From positions 1-41,982 of the IMG/VR virus record IMGVR_UViG_3300017987_001512: DNA of 41,982 nt; one strand, written 5' to 3'. Within the stretch, counting starts at the first letter, position 1. The number at the start of each line of letters is the position of its first letter. The translations under genes were made by a program, and so were the position numbers. Below the pieces are notes generated by a model that saw nothing but the letters and a program-made list of their open reading frames with translations, did no database searches and was not told the DNA's origin. The DNA comes from a virus. Its lineage: Duplodnaviria; Caudoviricetes. Shown here in pieces: positions 28,695 to 37,866 of the stretch.

Positions 28695-29047
28695 TCTCTT
28701 AATATTTTTATTATATCTTCTTTGTCTCTACACATGATAGCATTAAAGGTTTTACATTCATTGAAAGAATCTAAGAATTCCTCTTGGAATTTACTTAGCT
28801 TTCCTGTCTTCGACTTGACTTCAATAAATAGAAAATCTTGTTTCTCTCGATTAATTGCAATTAGATCTGGTACTCCTCTGTCCTTATCATCTTTCTTTCG
28901 ATATCTTACTTGTGGGAATCTTCCTCTTGTACATCCAGCCGGTTGACCACCGTTATAAATTTTATAGACATGATAACCTCGTGACTCAAGAGTCGATACG
29001 ATATTTTTAGTTATCAGAGTCTCTGGCTGTTGTTTCCTTGCTGGCAT
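28685..29047 (-). CDS. VRR-NUC / PD-(D/E)XK nuclease (resolvase-like)
   Basis: PETLI...GVPDLIA...FIEVKSKTGKLSKFQEEF. Confidence 0.85.
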   Translation of the reverse strand: MPARKQQPETLITKNIVSTLESRGYHVYKIYNGGQPAGCTRGRFPQVRYRKKDDKDRGVPDLIAINREKQDFLFIEVKSKTGKLSKFQEEFLDSFNECKTFNAIMCRDKEDIIKILRECI

Positions 29048-29387
29048 ACATTTTATTTTGATCTAATTTATTTTTTCGATATGCTCTCAAGATGTGAGAG
29101 TAGTTTGCATTATCAAGACATGTATCATCAAATGATTCTGTCTCAACTGCTGGAGGCTTATCTAAAAGATTAGCCATCCGTTGAATCTTATCGCTAAGTC
29201 TAACCATCAAAGCGATTTCTGTAAGATCGCATTTGTTAAGATCAACTCCTTGCATCAATGTCTCAAAGAGTTTGAAATTCTTAAACGGATCTTTCTTACC
29301 AGCGTAATCAGAATTCTTCATTTCAATTAATTTGAATCCTTCTTTGTTAGACTTCTTGATAAATTCTAAGAATTGTTCTTGATTCAT
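29007..29387 (-). CDS. DUF1599/Nmad1-like (MazG-fold) nucleotide-modification-associated protein
   Basis: KNSDYA..DPFKNF...VRLSDKIQR..NL...ESFDDTCLDNANY. Confidence 0.75.
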   Translation of the reverse strand: MNQEQFLEFIKKSNKEGFKLIEMKNSDYAGKKDPFKNFKLFETLMQGVDLNKCDLTEIALMVRLSDKIQRMANLLDKPPAVETESFDDTCLDNANYSHILRAYRKNKLDQNKMYASKETTARDSDN

Positions 29388-29656
29388 AAACTTGGTTTAG
29401 AACCTTTAGAATAACATCGACCACCAGTTGGTTTAGCTACTTCTTTTTTCTTTGCTAAACCTTCATCAACAATATCAACCTGTTGGTAGTCAACCCATTC
29501 TGCTTCAACAGATTCTTTTTCTTTATTAAGTTTCTCTGGTTTGATACATAGAGAAACACACCCGTTAAGGTATTCTGTCTTTGCAATTACTATACCTGCA
29601 AAGCCAGTTACTTGATCTTTAACTCTAAGACCTAGTTTGATTTCTGCTTTTGTCAT
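29384..29656 (-). CDS. Hypothetical phage protein (SH3-like)
   Basis: Likely start MTKAEIKLG; LGLRVKDQVTGFAGIVIAKTEYLNGC is a recurrent phage motif. Confidence 0.7.
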   Translation of the reverse strand: MTKAEIKLGLRVKDQVTGFAGIVIAKTEYLNGCVSLCIKPEKLNKEKESVEAEWVDYQQVDIVDEGLAKKKEVAKPTGGRCYSKGSKPSL

Positions 29657-29660
29657 AAGA

Positions 29661-30257
29661 TTATTTTTTCTTAGCTTTAACAAATTTTGCAGGCTCGTGA
29701 TGACATGGTTCGAATTCGAATCCTGCTGCTTCAGCAAGTAAGCTGATTGCGATTTCGTTTTTCTGTATTTGTTTTTTCAATTGACCAATCTCAGATTTGT
29801 ATTTATTTTCTAGATCGTTAATTCTCTCGTCAATATATTCTTTTGGTGTAAGCTTTTGATCTGGACTGAATAACATTCTGCTAGGTCTGAAGATCATTAC
29901 TTCGTTATGAAGTTGATTAAACTTTGATTCAAGTTCGTTGAATAATTTTTTAATTCCAAACATATTCGTTTTCTTTCTAGGCTCTAGCATTTTAATAGCT
30001 CGAGCAATTTTTCTTTTAGTTAATTTCCCAGCTGCTCTACCATTTGAATAAGTAGAATGGTTTGGGAGAATTCTCGCAACTACTTTAGTTGGAGAAAGTA
30101 TTTCATCGATTACAATATTATCTCCTTCAGAATGAAAAAGAGTCATTGCATTTTCGTCTGTTGACCCTTCTGCTGCGACGTCTACGCTTAATCCGTATTT
30201 TCTGTTCAGCAATTTCCTCCTTTGTAGGACCTCTTTGAATTTTTGTATCAATTTCAT
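29661..30257 (-). CDS. Hypothetical protein (start uncertain: 30257 or 29963)
   Basis: Open frame; the C-terminal half from MFGIKK (29963) is coiled-coil-like. Confidence 0.55.
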   Translation of the reverse strand: MKLIQKFKEVLQRRKLLNRKYGLSVDVAAEGSTDENAMTLFHSEGDNIVIDEILSPTKVVARILPNHSTYSNGRAAGKLTKRKIARAIKMLEPRKKTNMFGIKKLFNELESKFNQLHNEVMIFRPSRMLFSPDQKLTPKEYIDERINDLENKYKSEIGQLKKQIQKNEIAISLLAEAAGFEFEPCHHEPAKFVKAKKK

Positions 30258-32520
30258 ATTGCTTCCAATCATGCTCAGGAAATACAACTGTTAGTATTCT
30301 CTCAAGCATTCTATAAAATTTTGTATTCCAATAGTAAGCAACATCATAACCACCTTCTTCGTAGTTCAATGGGCTTACTGCGTTAATACCTTGACCTCTG
30401 ATCTTACTTGTAACTATATATTTTATATAGCCTCCTTTCTCCCAGGGTTTCATTCCATCCTCTTCCATGTTATTATCTCGTAACCATTTAGCTACTTTAA
30501 CATGTGGGAGTTTTGATTCTGTAACAAGCTCACCGTCTTCATCATACTTATCGTACTTCTCGCAGTCTTTAGAAAGTTTAATCTGAGCTGTTACTTCTTC
30601 TGCTGTTAACTCTCCTGATGTTACTAGATTCTTAAAATCAAGAACCCAATTGATCATGTCCTTTGCTTGTGCATTTTTTAGTAAGATCATCTCAAGCATC
30701 TCAACTTGTTTCTTAGCAGCAAGAGGAATTGTTTCTCTTCGTCTTGCTTCTAATCCTACGATGTGTAATTCTCCTCCTTCATTCTTAACGTACCTTTTCT
30801 TTTTATCAAGGAGAAGTACATTATCATAGACAGCCTCGACCTTTAGATCAATATAACTTTTCTTTATATTGAAATGTCTGAACAAATGATATGCAATAAA
30901 GGTATTAACTCTCTGATGAAATTCTTCTGGATCTATTTCTTTACCATTAACAAATACTGAATCAGTATCTCCATATAAAACGTTCATTCCTTCTTGTTCG
31001 AAGAATAAAGTTATAAGCTTGATAAGATATTGTCCAGACAATGTAATAGCTTCTGCATTTTCTTTTCTATAGTATCTCGTGAATGATGCTCCAAGAATTC
31101 CATAGAACGAATTACTCATTGTCTTAAAAGCATATTGCTTAAAGTAAAGTTCTTCATACTGTGGATCTTCTTCTGTCATTCCTTTCATTTTATTATGACG
31201 AATATTATTTCTAGCATCAAGTAATCCTTGAATTGTTGTAGGAATAATTCCAGGCTCTTCTGTAAAGTGTTCTCCGTTGGGAGTAAGAATTCCTTCATCA
31301 GATACTGTTTCAGGACTTATGTTCCAAGTACGAATGATACTTGGATATAGACTTGTAAAGTCAAAATGATATACCTGATCATGTCTCCCAGGTGTAGGTT
31401 CTAGAACTGCTCCACCAGAATATCTTGATTCAGTCTGATCATAATTATCTTTTGAATACGGTGGCTTAGTTCTAAAGCGTACTCCTTTGGGAGCATTCCT
31501 TAATATATACATATCAAGTATTCTTGAGATAGCATAGAAATTAAGAAAATTACCAGTGATACCATGTTCAATTATCTTTTGTCTTAGAATTCTTAATCTG
31601 TCGTCAATTCTTTTTACGAGTCTACAGTCTTGAATGTTATACTTTTTTAATAGCTTTGGATTATTCTCGAACATCTCATAGATACCTTCTTTATGTTCTA
31701 CTTTCTGTTCTCCTAGAAATTCTTTTGCTACTGCATTCAATGAAAAACTTCTTACTTTCTTAATGAGTTCGATATTTCTTTTATGAATCTCTTTAAGTTT
31801 ATTCATCATGTCAACATGAATCTCTCCTTTACCATATTTACTCCAGACTCTATTAAGCTTTGCTCTTTCTCTGATGTATGGAATATCAAAGTTCTCACTA
31901 TTCCATCCTGTAATGATATCGTACTTAGCAACTAGATCATACCATTTCTTTAAGATATCTTTTTCTTTCTCATAAGAATAATAATATTCTCTACCGTCTT
32001 GATTAACTGCAGCAATTGAAACGATTCTTCTTTCACCAATAACAATCTTTTCTCCTCTGTCATCTGTTTCAATATCGAAATATAAAATCTTATACTTCTG
32101 TGCTACTTGTAAGTTGTTATCAAGAACACATCTTTGAGATGAAGTAAGATCAGCTTCATAAGTTCTAATCTTTAATTGTTTAAGTTCTCGTAAGAGTTCT
32201 CCTTTACCATCAAGTACTCTGCGATTGTTTACATTTCTACAAAAGATTTTGATATAGTCTCCATCTCCTTTTATTTTTTGGATTAATCCTTCTAGCTTTC
32301 TTTCTTTAATCCACTTTCTAACTTTCTTAAGTTCTCTATCTTTCTTTGTGATACAGAAGTACCAAGGGTACGATGTAATTCTAAGATAGGTTTTCTCATT
32401 GGGAGTCTCTCTATACATTAGAATTACATCGTCCTTCTCATCATATGCTCCGATATAATCTCTTTCAGGTTCAAGAGATTTGAAATACTTATACGAGATT
32501 GTTCTTTCTCTTATTTTCAT
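30127..32520 (-). CDS. polB: Family B DNA polymerase with 3'-5' exonuclease
   Basis: ExoI FDIETD, ExoII GWNSENFD, ExoIII YNIQD; polymerase motifs DFTSLYPS, KTMSNSFYG and YGDTDS. Confidence 0.97.
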   Translation of the reverse strand: MKIRERTISYKYFKSLEPERDYIGAYDEKDDVILMYRETPNEKTYLRITSYPWYFCITKKDRELKKVRKWIKERKLEGLIQKIKGDGDYIKIFCRNVNNRRVLDGKGELLRELKQLKIRTYEADLTSSQRCVLDNNLQVAQKYKILYFDIETDDRGEKIVIGERRIVSIAAVNQDGREYYYSYEKEKDILKKWYDLVAKYDIITGWNSENFDIPYIRERAKLNRVWSKYGKGEIHVDMMNKLKEIHKRNIELIKKVRSFSLNAVAKEFLGEQKVEHKEGIYEMFENNPKLLKKYNIQDCRLVKRIDDRLRILRQKIIEHGITGNFLNFYAISRILDMYILRNAPKGVRFRTKPPYSKDNYDQTESRYSGGAVLEPTPGRHDQVYHFDFTSLYPSIIRTWNISPETVSDEGILTPNGEHFTEEPGIIPTTIQGLLDARNNIRHNKMKGMTEEDPQYEELYFKQYAFKTMSNSFYGILGASFTRYYRKENAEAITLSGQYLIKLITLFFEQEGMNVLYGDTDSVFVNGKEIDPEEFHQRVNTFIAYHLFRHFNIKKSYIDLKVEAVYDNVLLLDKKKRYVKNEGGELHIVGLEARRRETIPLAAKKQVEMLEMILLKNAQAKDMINWVLDFKNLVTSGELTAEEVTAQIKLSKDCEKYDKYDEDGELVTESKLPHVKVAKWLRDNNMEEDGMKPWEKGGYIKYIVTSKIRGQGINAVSPLNYEEGGYDVAYYWNTKFYRMLERILTVVFPEHDWKQYEIDTKIQRGPTKEEIAEQKIRIKRRRRSRRVNRRKCNDSFSF

Positions 32521-32521
32521 T

Positions 32522-33253
32522 TTAGTATCTTTGAAGTTCTTCCCAGTCTTTCTGATAGATATGTAGACTAGAAACTTGCATGATGAATTTACCTGGTTCT
32601 ACTCCAACATACTTTGCTATGTAAGTTTGCATTGCCATTGCTAACCAGATATCATTCTGAAAGTGAGTGATAAAATCAGAACTTCTCATGTTATAAATTA
32701 TATCGAGCTTGTCATTTCTAAACATGAAATGATAAAACATAGAACAAGGAACTCTCATCTGGCCCATTCTTTCTTGATCAATCTTTCGATCATGAATAGT
32801 AATGATAGCCTGTCTTGTATCTGGATGTGTTTTTAATTCTTCAATGACTTTACCAATCTGCCAATGCATTCTTTCTGCATAAGTATATTCAAATACTTTT
32901 TCAGTCCAGTATTTAATTTCTCCATCCTCTTCTGCTTCTCTTTCTTCTTCGATTAAAAATTCTTCCCAGACATCTTTACGTAACTTATATGCTTCGCCAG
33001 GATTCTTTGGTGTTGATGAGATTCTTTCTTTGAATTCTGCTTTACACCATTCTTTAGTAACATGCGGCATCTCATCTCTGTCATCTTGATTGATAATCGC
33101 GAAGGAGAAGGCTTGTAGTTCTCTTGTGTTGTACCCTTCGTCTTTTGCGATTGACTTGTTTTGCATCGTTTGAGTGTGTACTTCGGACGAACATTTTTGG
33201 AGTTCCCTTCCGATATCTTTCACTGCTTCTTTGCAATTTTCGTAAATTCTCAT
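32522..33253 (-). CDS. Thymidylate synthase homolog, probably dCMP-modifying (methylase/hydroxymethylase)
   Basis: YTYAER, DTRQA, VPC (catalytic Cys), MRSSDFITHFQND and SLHIY. Confidence 0.85.
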   Translation of the reverse strand: MRIYENCKEAVKDIGRELQKCSSEVHTQTMQNKSIAKDEGYNTRELQAFSFAIINQDDRDEMPHVTKEWCKAEFKERISSTPKNPGEAYKLRKDVWEEFLIEEEREAEEDGEIKYWTEKVFEYTYAERMHWQIGKVIEELKTHPDTRQAIITIHDRKIDQERMGQMRVPCSMFYHFMFRNDKLDIIYNMRSSDFITHFQNDIWLAMAMQTYIAKYVGVEPGKFIMQVSSLHIYQKDWEELQRY

Positions 33254-33497
33254 ATTTCTTTGAGCCAGCTAAGATCCAGGTTGTAACTTTGTTCATGTCA
33301 ATATACATAGAGCAACCAGGAGTTTGACAAACGAAAGAGAAGTTTGGCATTAACTTTCCTTCGTTCTCTTCTTCGCTACCTCCGACTCTTTGTATAACTT
33401 GCTTGACTTGTTTACAAAACCCACATCTATGAACTGTCTTTTTTATTCTTATTTCTAAGTTAGCAACATCAGTACTTGCTTTCAATCCGTTTTTCAT
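33081..33497 (-). CDS. Zn-ribbon protein
   Basis: CGFC...CQTPGC; fills the gap between the pyrophosphatase and TS genes, with a tail overlapping TS. Confidence 0.55.
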   Translation of the reverse strand: MKNGLKASTDVANLEIRIKKTVHRCGFCKQVKQVIQRVGGSEEENEGKLMPNFSFVCQTPGCSMYIDMNKVTTWILAGSKKYENLRKLQRSSERYRKGTPKMFVRSTHSNDAKQVNRKRRRVQHKRTTSLLLRDYQSR

Positions 33498-33885
33498 TTA
33501 TTTTTATTTTCTTAAGAACAATCTGAGTTAATTGTTCTGCATCGATACCAGATGCTAAACATAAATTAATAAAGTAGATCATGATATCTGCTACTTCATC
33601 AAGGTACTCATTCACATCTGTAAAGTATTTTGATTGTCTCCAAGTCTTTCCATTCTTCAAAGCAATCACAGCTTCATTTATTTCTTGAACCATTCTCCAG
33701 AGTATATTATCATTTACATGACGACATACTTCTGGGAGATGTAAGTTCTCGATCTTTCCGAAAGCTAATCTCTCTGGAATACCTTCTACTTCCATGAATC
33801 TTTTCTCAGCTTTTGTCTGAGCTTTAAACATAGCAGCAAGAAGATCTCCTGAGACATTAATCTTTTTGATTTCACTTATGTCCAT
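33469..33885 (-). CDS. All-alpha dNTP pyrophosphohydrolase (dUTPase_2/MazG; dCTPase-like)
   Basis: QEINEA...KTWRQ...DEVADIMIYF...KKIKINEKR. Confidence 0.8.
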   Translation of the reverse strand: MDISEIKKINVSGDLLAAMFKAQTKAEKRFMEVEGIPERLAFGKIENLHLPEVCRHVNDNILWRMVQEINEAVIALKNGKTWRQSKYFTDVNEYLDEVADIMIYFINLCLASGIDAEQLTQIVLKKIKINEKRIESKY

Positions 33886-34408
33886 ACTTTTTCTTGAATG
33901 ATTGAATAAAATACATTGCTTCAGCCATATTCTTATTCATGTCTCTTTCAGAACTTAATTGCAAGTACTCTAGATTTGAAGAAACAATGTGATCTCTGTA
34001 CGCTTGTTGTATGTGAGGAATCTGCTTTACATTTATATATTCTTCTTTATCTTCTTTGTGTCTTCGTTCTAGAGTTGTATCATTCGCAGTCATATAAATT
34101 ACAACTGCTTTTTTTACGAGCTTCTCTTCTTCGAACTGTAACCAATTGAAATACTTTAGTGCATTATAGCTTCTCACTATTCGACCATACACTATCTCAG
34201 TAATATGACTTCTATCCAAAATAATATCTCCACTGTAGCAGGAGAGCAGGGTATTGTATAACCCTGCGTAGACTCCTGCTATGAATTCTGGCTTATGCTC
34301 AGTGGGTTTGAATTCGTTTTTTACTATTGGATAGTTTAGAAGTTGACTGAGTTCATTGATCAGAGAAGATTTTCCACTCTTATCGACTCCTTCAACTATG
34401 ATAAACAT
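33872..34408 (-). CDS. Deoxynucleoside monophosphate kinase (thymidylate-kinase-like)
   Basis: IIVEGVDKSGKS P-loop, ILDRSHITE.VY and lid LERR. Confidence 0.85.
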   Translation of the reverse strand: MFIIVEGVDKSGKSSLINELSQLLNYPIVKNEFKPTEHKPEFIAGVYAGLYNTLLSCYSGDIILDRSHITEIVYGRIVRSYNALKYFNWLQFEEEKLVKKAVVIYMTANDTTLERRHKEDKEEYINVKQIPHIQQAYRDHIVSSNLEYLQLSSERDMNKNMAEAMYFIQSFKKKYGHK

Positions 34409-34409
34409 C

Positions 34410-34853
34410 TTATTTTTTCTTAGATGTTTTCTTAGCTTTTTTCTTAGGAGCTTTCTTTGCTTTCTTTTTTGGTTTTTCTTCTACCTCTTCCTCTTCTTCC
34501 TCTTCTGTTTCTTCTGTTTCTTCCTCTTCAGGTTGTTCCACTTCGTCTTGTTCTTCTTCCTCTACTTCTTCCTCTTCTTCAAGTCCTTCAGTATATTCCT
34601 CGAGAGGTTTTACCAAACCACCTTTTGGATATCTTTCTTTTGAGAGTTCAGACAAAGCTTTTCTAAACTCACGAATAGATTTCTTTGTTGGATTCTCTTC
34701 ATCGAATTCATCAATAATTTCAGTAACTCTAGCAGAAGCTTCAGTCCTGATAGAAATTCTTTTAATTTTCTCCACTTTCTTTGGAGCAGCTTTAGCTTTC
34801 TTAGCCTTAGCTTTCACAGCTTTTTTCTTAGCTGCAGGTTTTTTCTTTGCCAT
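34410..34853 (-). CDS. Histone-H1-like basic/acidic/basic protein
   Basis: MAKKKPAAKKKAVKAKAKK..., central E-rich tract and C-terminal KPKKKAKKAPKKKAKK. Confidence 0.75.
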   Translation of the reverse strand: MAKKKPAAKKKAVKAKAKKAKAAPKKVEKIKRISIRTEASARVTEIIDEFDEENPTKKSIREFRKALSELSKERYPKGGLVKPLEEYTEGLEEEEEVEEEEQDEVEQPEEEETEETEEEEEEEVEEKPKKKAKKAPKKKAKKTSKKK

Positions 34854-34877
34854 AGAATTGGTCAATTAAATGATTAA

Positions 34878-35255
34878 TTAAAGTGATAATGATTTTTTCT
34901 TTTTCTTTTTTGTTTTTTTCTTTGAGACTAAAGATTTTGTTTTTTTCTTTTTACCTTTAATCTCTTCGATACTATAATCAGTTTTATTACCTGTACCAAG
35001 ACGAGTAACTTTAACTGCAGTACCTGGCTCAATGTAAGCAAATTTCTTTGCTACTTTAGGAGATGAGCATGAAAGAGTTTTCTCTTCGCCTTCAATTTCA
35101 AATGAGTAATTGAAAGTTGGTTTCTTGTATTTCTCACTGTACTTTTCTTCTGCATCTAGAAAGATACCTTTCAATGAATCTCCTTCTCCTTCAAGCTTGA
35201 TATATCTGCCCATTGATTGTGCCCTTTTAAGTAACTTTTTATTTACATATCCCAT
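34878..35255 (-). CDS. Putative ssDNA-binding (OB-fold-like) protein
   Basis: YIKLEGEGDS...VKVTRLGTGNKTDYSI resembles phage SSBs; lies next to the primase-helicase. Confidence 0.55.
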   Translation of the reverse strand: MGYVNKKLLKRAQSMGRYIKLEGEGDSLKGIFLDAEEKYSEKYKKPTFNYSFEIEGEEKTLSCSSPKVAKKFAYIEPGTAVKVTRLGTGNKTDYSIEEIKGKKKKTKSLVSKKKTKKKKKKSLSL

Positions 35256-35275
35256 AGTAAATTGTTCTTATTGAG

Positions 35276-36853
35276 TTATATTCTATATGCGGAGAATCTA
35301 GTAGTCTTTGAATTAAATTTTAAATTCAAGTTACCAGTCTCTCCTTTTCTATTCTTTGCTATTTGTAGAAATGCTTTCTCACGATATTCGCCAATGATAC
35401 TTCTACTTAATAGCATGACAACATCTGCATCTGCTTCAAGATCTCCTGAATCTCTAAGATCGAATAGCTCTGGAGTTTTATTACTTCTGCCCTCTGATTT
35501 CCTATTCAATTGAACAGGAGATACAACAGGGATATTTGTCATCCGAGCTAACATCTTTAAATTTTTAGAGATCTTACCGATTCTTGATGCTGAGTTACCA
35601 TTTTTGCCTTCGCTATCTCTAAGATATTGAAGATAGTCTACGACAATTAAATCAACTTTGTCCTCGATTAGTTTAGTCTTGACAACATCAATCACTTCTT
35701 CTGATGTAGCTTTCGCTAGTTCAACAATTGATAAGTCAAGTTTCTTCGCCTTTACATATGCTTTTCTAAGCAACTTTGTAGGAGCAGTACCTTGTATGAT
35801 GTCATTACATTTTCTATTTGTAATGAATGATAGTAATCGGTCGTATACATCAATCGATGACATCTCAATTGAAAAGAATAAAACTTTTTTACCTTTCCTT
35901 GCTGCATTGTATGAGAAAGTTAATGCAAGTGAAGTCTTTCCAATTGATGGTCTAGCTCCTATCAGAATTAAGTCTCCTGCTTTGAATCCTCCATTTAATT
36001 TAGAATCTAATGCTTTAAGACCAGTAGTTACTCCTTCTAATTTACCAGTCTTTCTCTGTTCCATTATTTCTTTATGCTTTACAGTGATCTCTGCCATTGA
36101 AAGAACTTCTTGTTCATAATCTTCTCTATGATACGTGATTCTGCTACTAATACTTTCGAAGACTTTCTTTAATTCTCCCTCTTTCAAAGGAGGATCGTTC
36201 TTCTGATTCCATTCTTTTACTGCAGGCCAAGCTAATTGATCCCACAATTTAAAAGGAGTCTTTGTAAGAAAGAGACCGCAAACTTTAGCTGCAGAATCAT
36301 TTCTCATTCCACCAGATACTCCTTCAAGTAGTTCACTCCATTGGTTTTCTTTTTTCTTTGCGTCTTCTACTGCTTCTTCATGAAACAGATGAATTGGAAA
36401 TGGTGCGAGATCTTCTTTGTTATTCCATTTGTATTTCTTTCCAGATTCGTGCATTGAAGGAGGAGCTACTACATATCCTGAATTATTTCTAATATCAGTT
36501 AGTTTCTTAACTCTGACTCCATTGTTAAATCTCTCTGAGTACTTATAATAATAATGATATCCCCCGCCTCCAGTTTTTGAGACAAGAGTGTTAGGAAGAT
36601 AATCAGTCTCCCCACCTTTCTCAATATCTACTACAGTTACTCCAGAAATTTCTCCAGTTATAATTGCAACATTTGCATCTGGATAGTCTTTCCACCATTG
36701 TTTGATCTCTGTTCTTGTCGGCAATCGTTTTGTATATTCTTTCCATTTGAATAATGGCTTTTTATTACGACCAACAGGAATCACAGAGATTTCTCTCTTT
36801 CGATAAAAGAGAGCCCGCTTCAACATTGGATTTTTAATTTTCTTCTTAGCCAT
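35276..36853 (-). CDS. Bifunctional primase-polymerase (Prim-Pol + PriCT) fused to SF4 DnaB-like helicase
   Basis: VIPV..NKKP, NVAIITG..VVDIE, TGGGGYHYYY, YVVAPPS.H, GMRND, WN..NDPPL..EL; helicase motifs GARPSIGKT, VVDYLQ, QLNR, LRDSGDLEADAD and KNRKG. Confidence 0.93.
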   Translation of the reverse strand: MAKKKIKNPMLKRALFYRKREISVIPVGRNKKPLFKWKEYTKRLPTRTEIKQWWKDYPDANVAIITGEISGVTVVDIEKGGETDYLPNTLVSKTGGGGYHYYYKYSERFNNGVRVKKLTDIRNNSGYVVAPPSMHESGKKYKWNNKEDLAPFPIHLFHEEAVEDAKKKENQWSELLEGVSGGMRNDSAAKVCGLFLTKTPFKLWDQLAWPAVKEWNQKNDPPLKEGELKKVFESISSRITYHREDYEQEVLSMAEITVKHKEIMEQRKTGKLEGVTTGLKALDSKLNGGFKAGDLILIGARPSIGKTSLALTFSYNAARKGKKVLFFSIEMSSIDVYDRLLSFITNRKCNDIIQGTAPTKLLRKAYVKAKKLDLSIVELAKATSEEVIDVVKTKLIEDKVDLIVVDYLQYLRDSEGKNGNSASRIGKISKNLKMLARMTNIPVVSPVQLNRKSEGRSNKTPELFDLRDSGDLEADADVVMLLSRSIIGEYREKAFLQIAKNRKGETGNLNLKFNSKTTRFSAYRI

Positions 36854-36858
36854 GAGAC

Positions 36859-37068
36859 TTATTTTTTGTTTCTCTTTTCTTTGTTAAAGTAATCGAGCAC
36901 ATCTTTACCAAGAAACTTCTTTGAGTTTTTATTGACAAAACAAAGCTTTCCTTCCTTAATCAGTTGATCAAATTTATACCTCGACTTGATAGGTAGATAG
37001 CCCTCTTTACCTAATTCCATTAGATCAGAGAGTGAATACCACTTTTCTTTTACGATTGGACCTATCAT
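36859..37068 (-). CDS. Small excisionase/HTH-like DNA-binding protein
   Basis: 69 aa: WYSLSDL...LIKEGKL...FLGKDVLDY. Confidence 0.55.
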   Translation of the reverse strand: MIGPIVKEKWYSLSDLMELGKEGYLPIKSRYKFDQLIKEGKLCFVNKNSKKFLGKDVLDYFNKEKRNKK

Positions 37069-37864
37069 ACGAAATTTCTTTTAATGAGTTAAAATATGCT
37101 TCGAGTTTAAAGCAATCACAGAAAGCATGTCTGCCATGATTTCTATTGAAGAATCCTCTTTCGACCTTTGTTTGAACTTGGTTTATGATATCAACGAGTT
37201 CTTTCAAATCTTTCATTGTACGATGTGTTTCTAAGACATCGATCGGGTTACTCTTTCTTTTCTTCATAAAGACTATATAGATAAATCCTTTTGGGAGTTT
37301 ACCATAAGTCAGATAATACCATAGATAGTAGAAAGTCGGTTGTAATGACTCATCTACCTTCTTCTGATTGTACTTTTTACTACTTGTTTTATAATCAACG
37401 AGTTTCTCGTCTGTTCTAATTACATCGACAACTCCTGAAAGAAGATCAGCTTTACACCTCTTTTTTCCAATTGACTTAATAGGTGTTTTGAACCTCTTCT
37501 CGGTATGTAATACTTCATAGTCTTGGAGTGAACCATTCTCCCTTTCTTCGAGGAAATATTCTAATAGACGGATCCCGTTGTCTATCTCTTCCTCGTATCG
37601 ATCGAGAGCTTCGCTTTCCTCCAATTCTTGACCTTTAAATTCAAACAAAATTTCTTTGAACTTAAATGCTTTCTGAAACTCTTCGATCGGATCTGCTCCT
37701 TTTGCTTCATACTCTTCAAGACCTTTATGAAGAGCAGACCCGAACGCAAGAGGTAATGGTTTCTTAGGAGGCCTAAGCTTTAATATATGTCTAAAATAAA
37801 AAAGTTTAGGACACTTGAGATAAGCGTTGATATATGAATGAGAGACTTTATTAGAGCCTTTCAT
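37025..37864 (-). CDS. PD-(D/E)XK exonuclease (Cas4/AddB-like)
   Basis: SHSYINAYLKCP, FGSALHKGLE, GVVD, VDYKTS, QPTFY and C-terminal Cys residues. Confidence 0.88.
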   Translation of the reverse strand: MKGSNKVSHSYINAYLKCPKLFYFRHILKLRPPKKPLPLAFGSALHKGLEEYEAKGADPIEEFQKAFKFKEILFEFKGQELEESEALDRYEEEIDNGIRLLEYFLEERENGSLQDYEVLHTEKRFKTPIKSIGKKRCKADLLSGVVDVIRTDEKLVDYKTSSKKYNQKKVDESLQPTFYYLWYYLTYGKLPKGFIYIVFMKKRKSNPIDVLETHRTMKDLKELVDIINQVQTKVERGFFNRNHGRHAFCDCFKLEAYFNSLKEISYDRSNRKRKVVFTL

Positions 37865-37866
37865 TC

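Noticed and set aside
32522-33253. Canonical thyA or SPO1-type dUMP hydroxymethylase
   Set aside because: The specificity position is Asp rather than Asn, and no DHFR is visible, so the thyA symbol is withheld.
36859-37068. Evidence of a temperate lifestyle (excisionase-like gene)
   Set aside because: No integrase, repressor or att site was recognised in the window, so lifestyle cannot be determined.
37025-37864. cas4 of a CRISPR-Cas system
   Set aside because: No other cas genes or array; standalone phage PD-(D/E)XK exonucleases are common.
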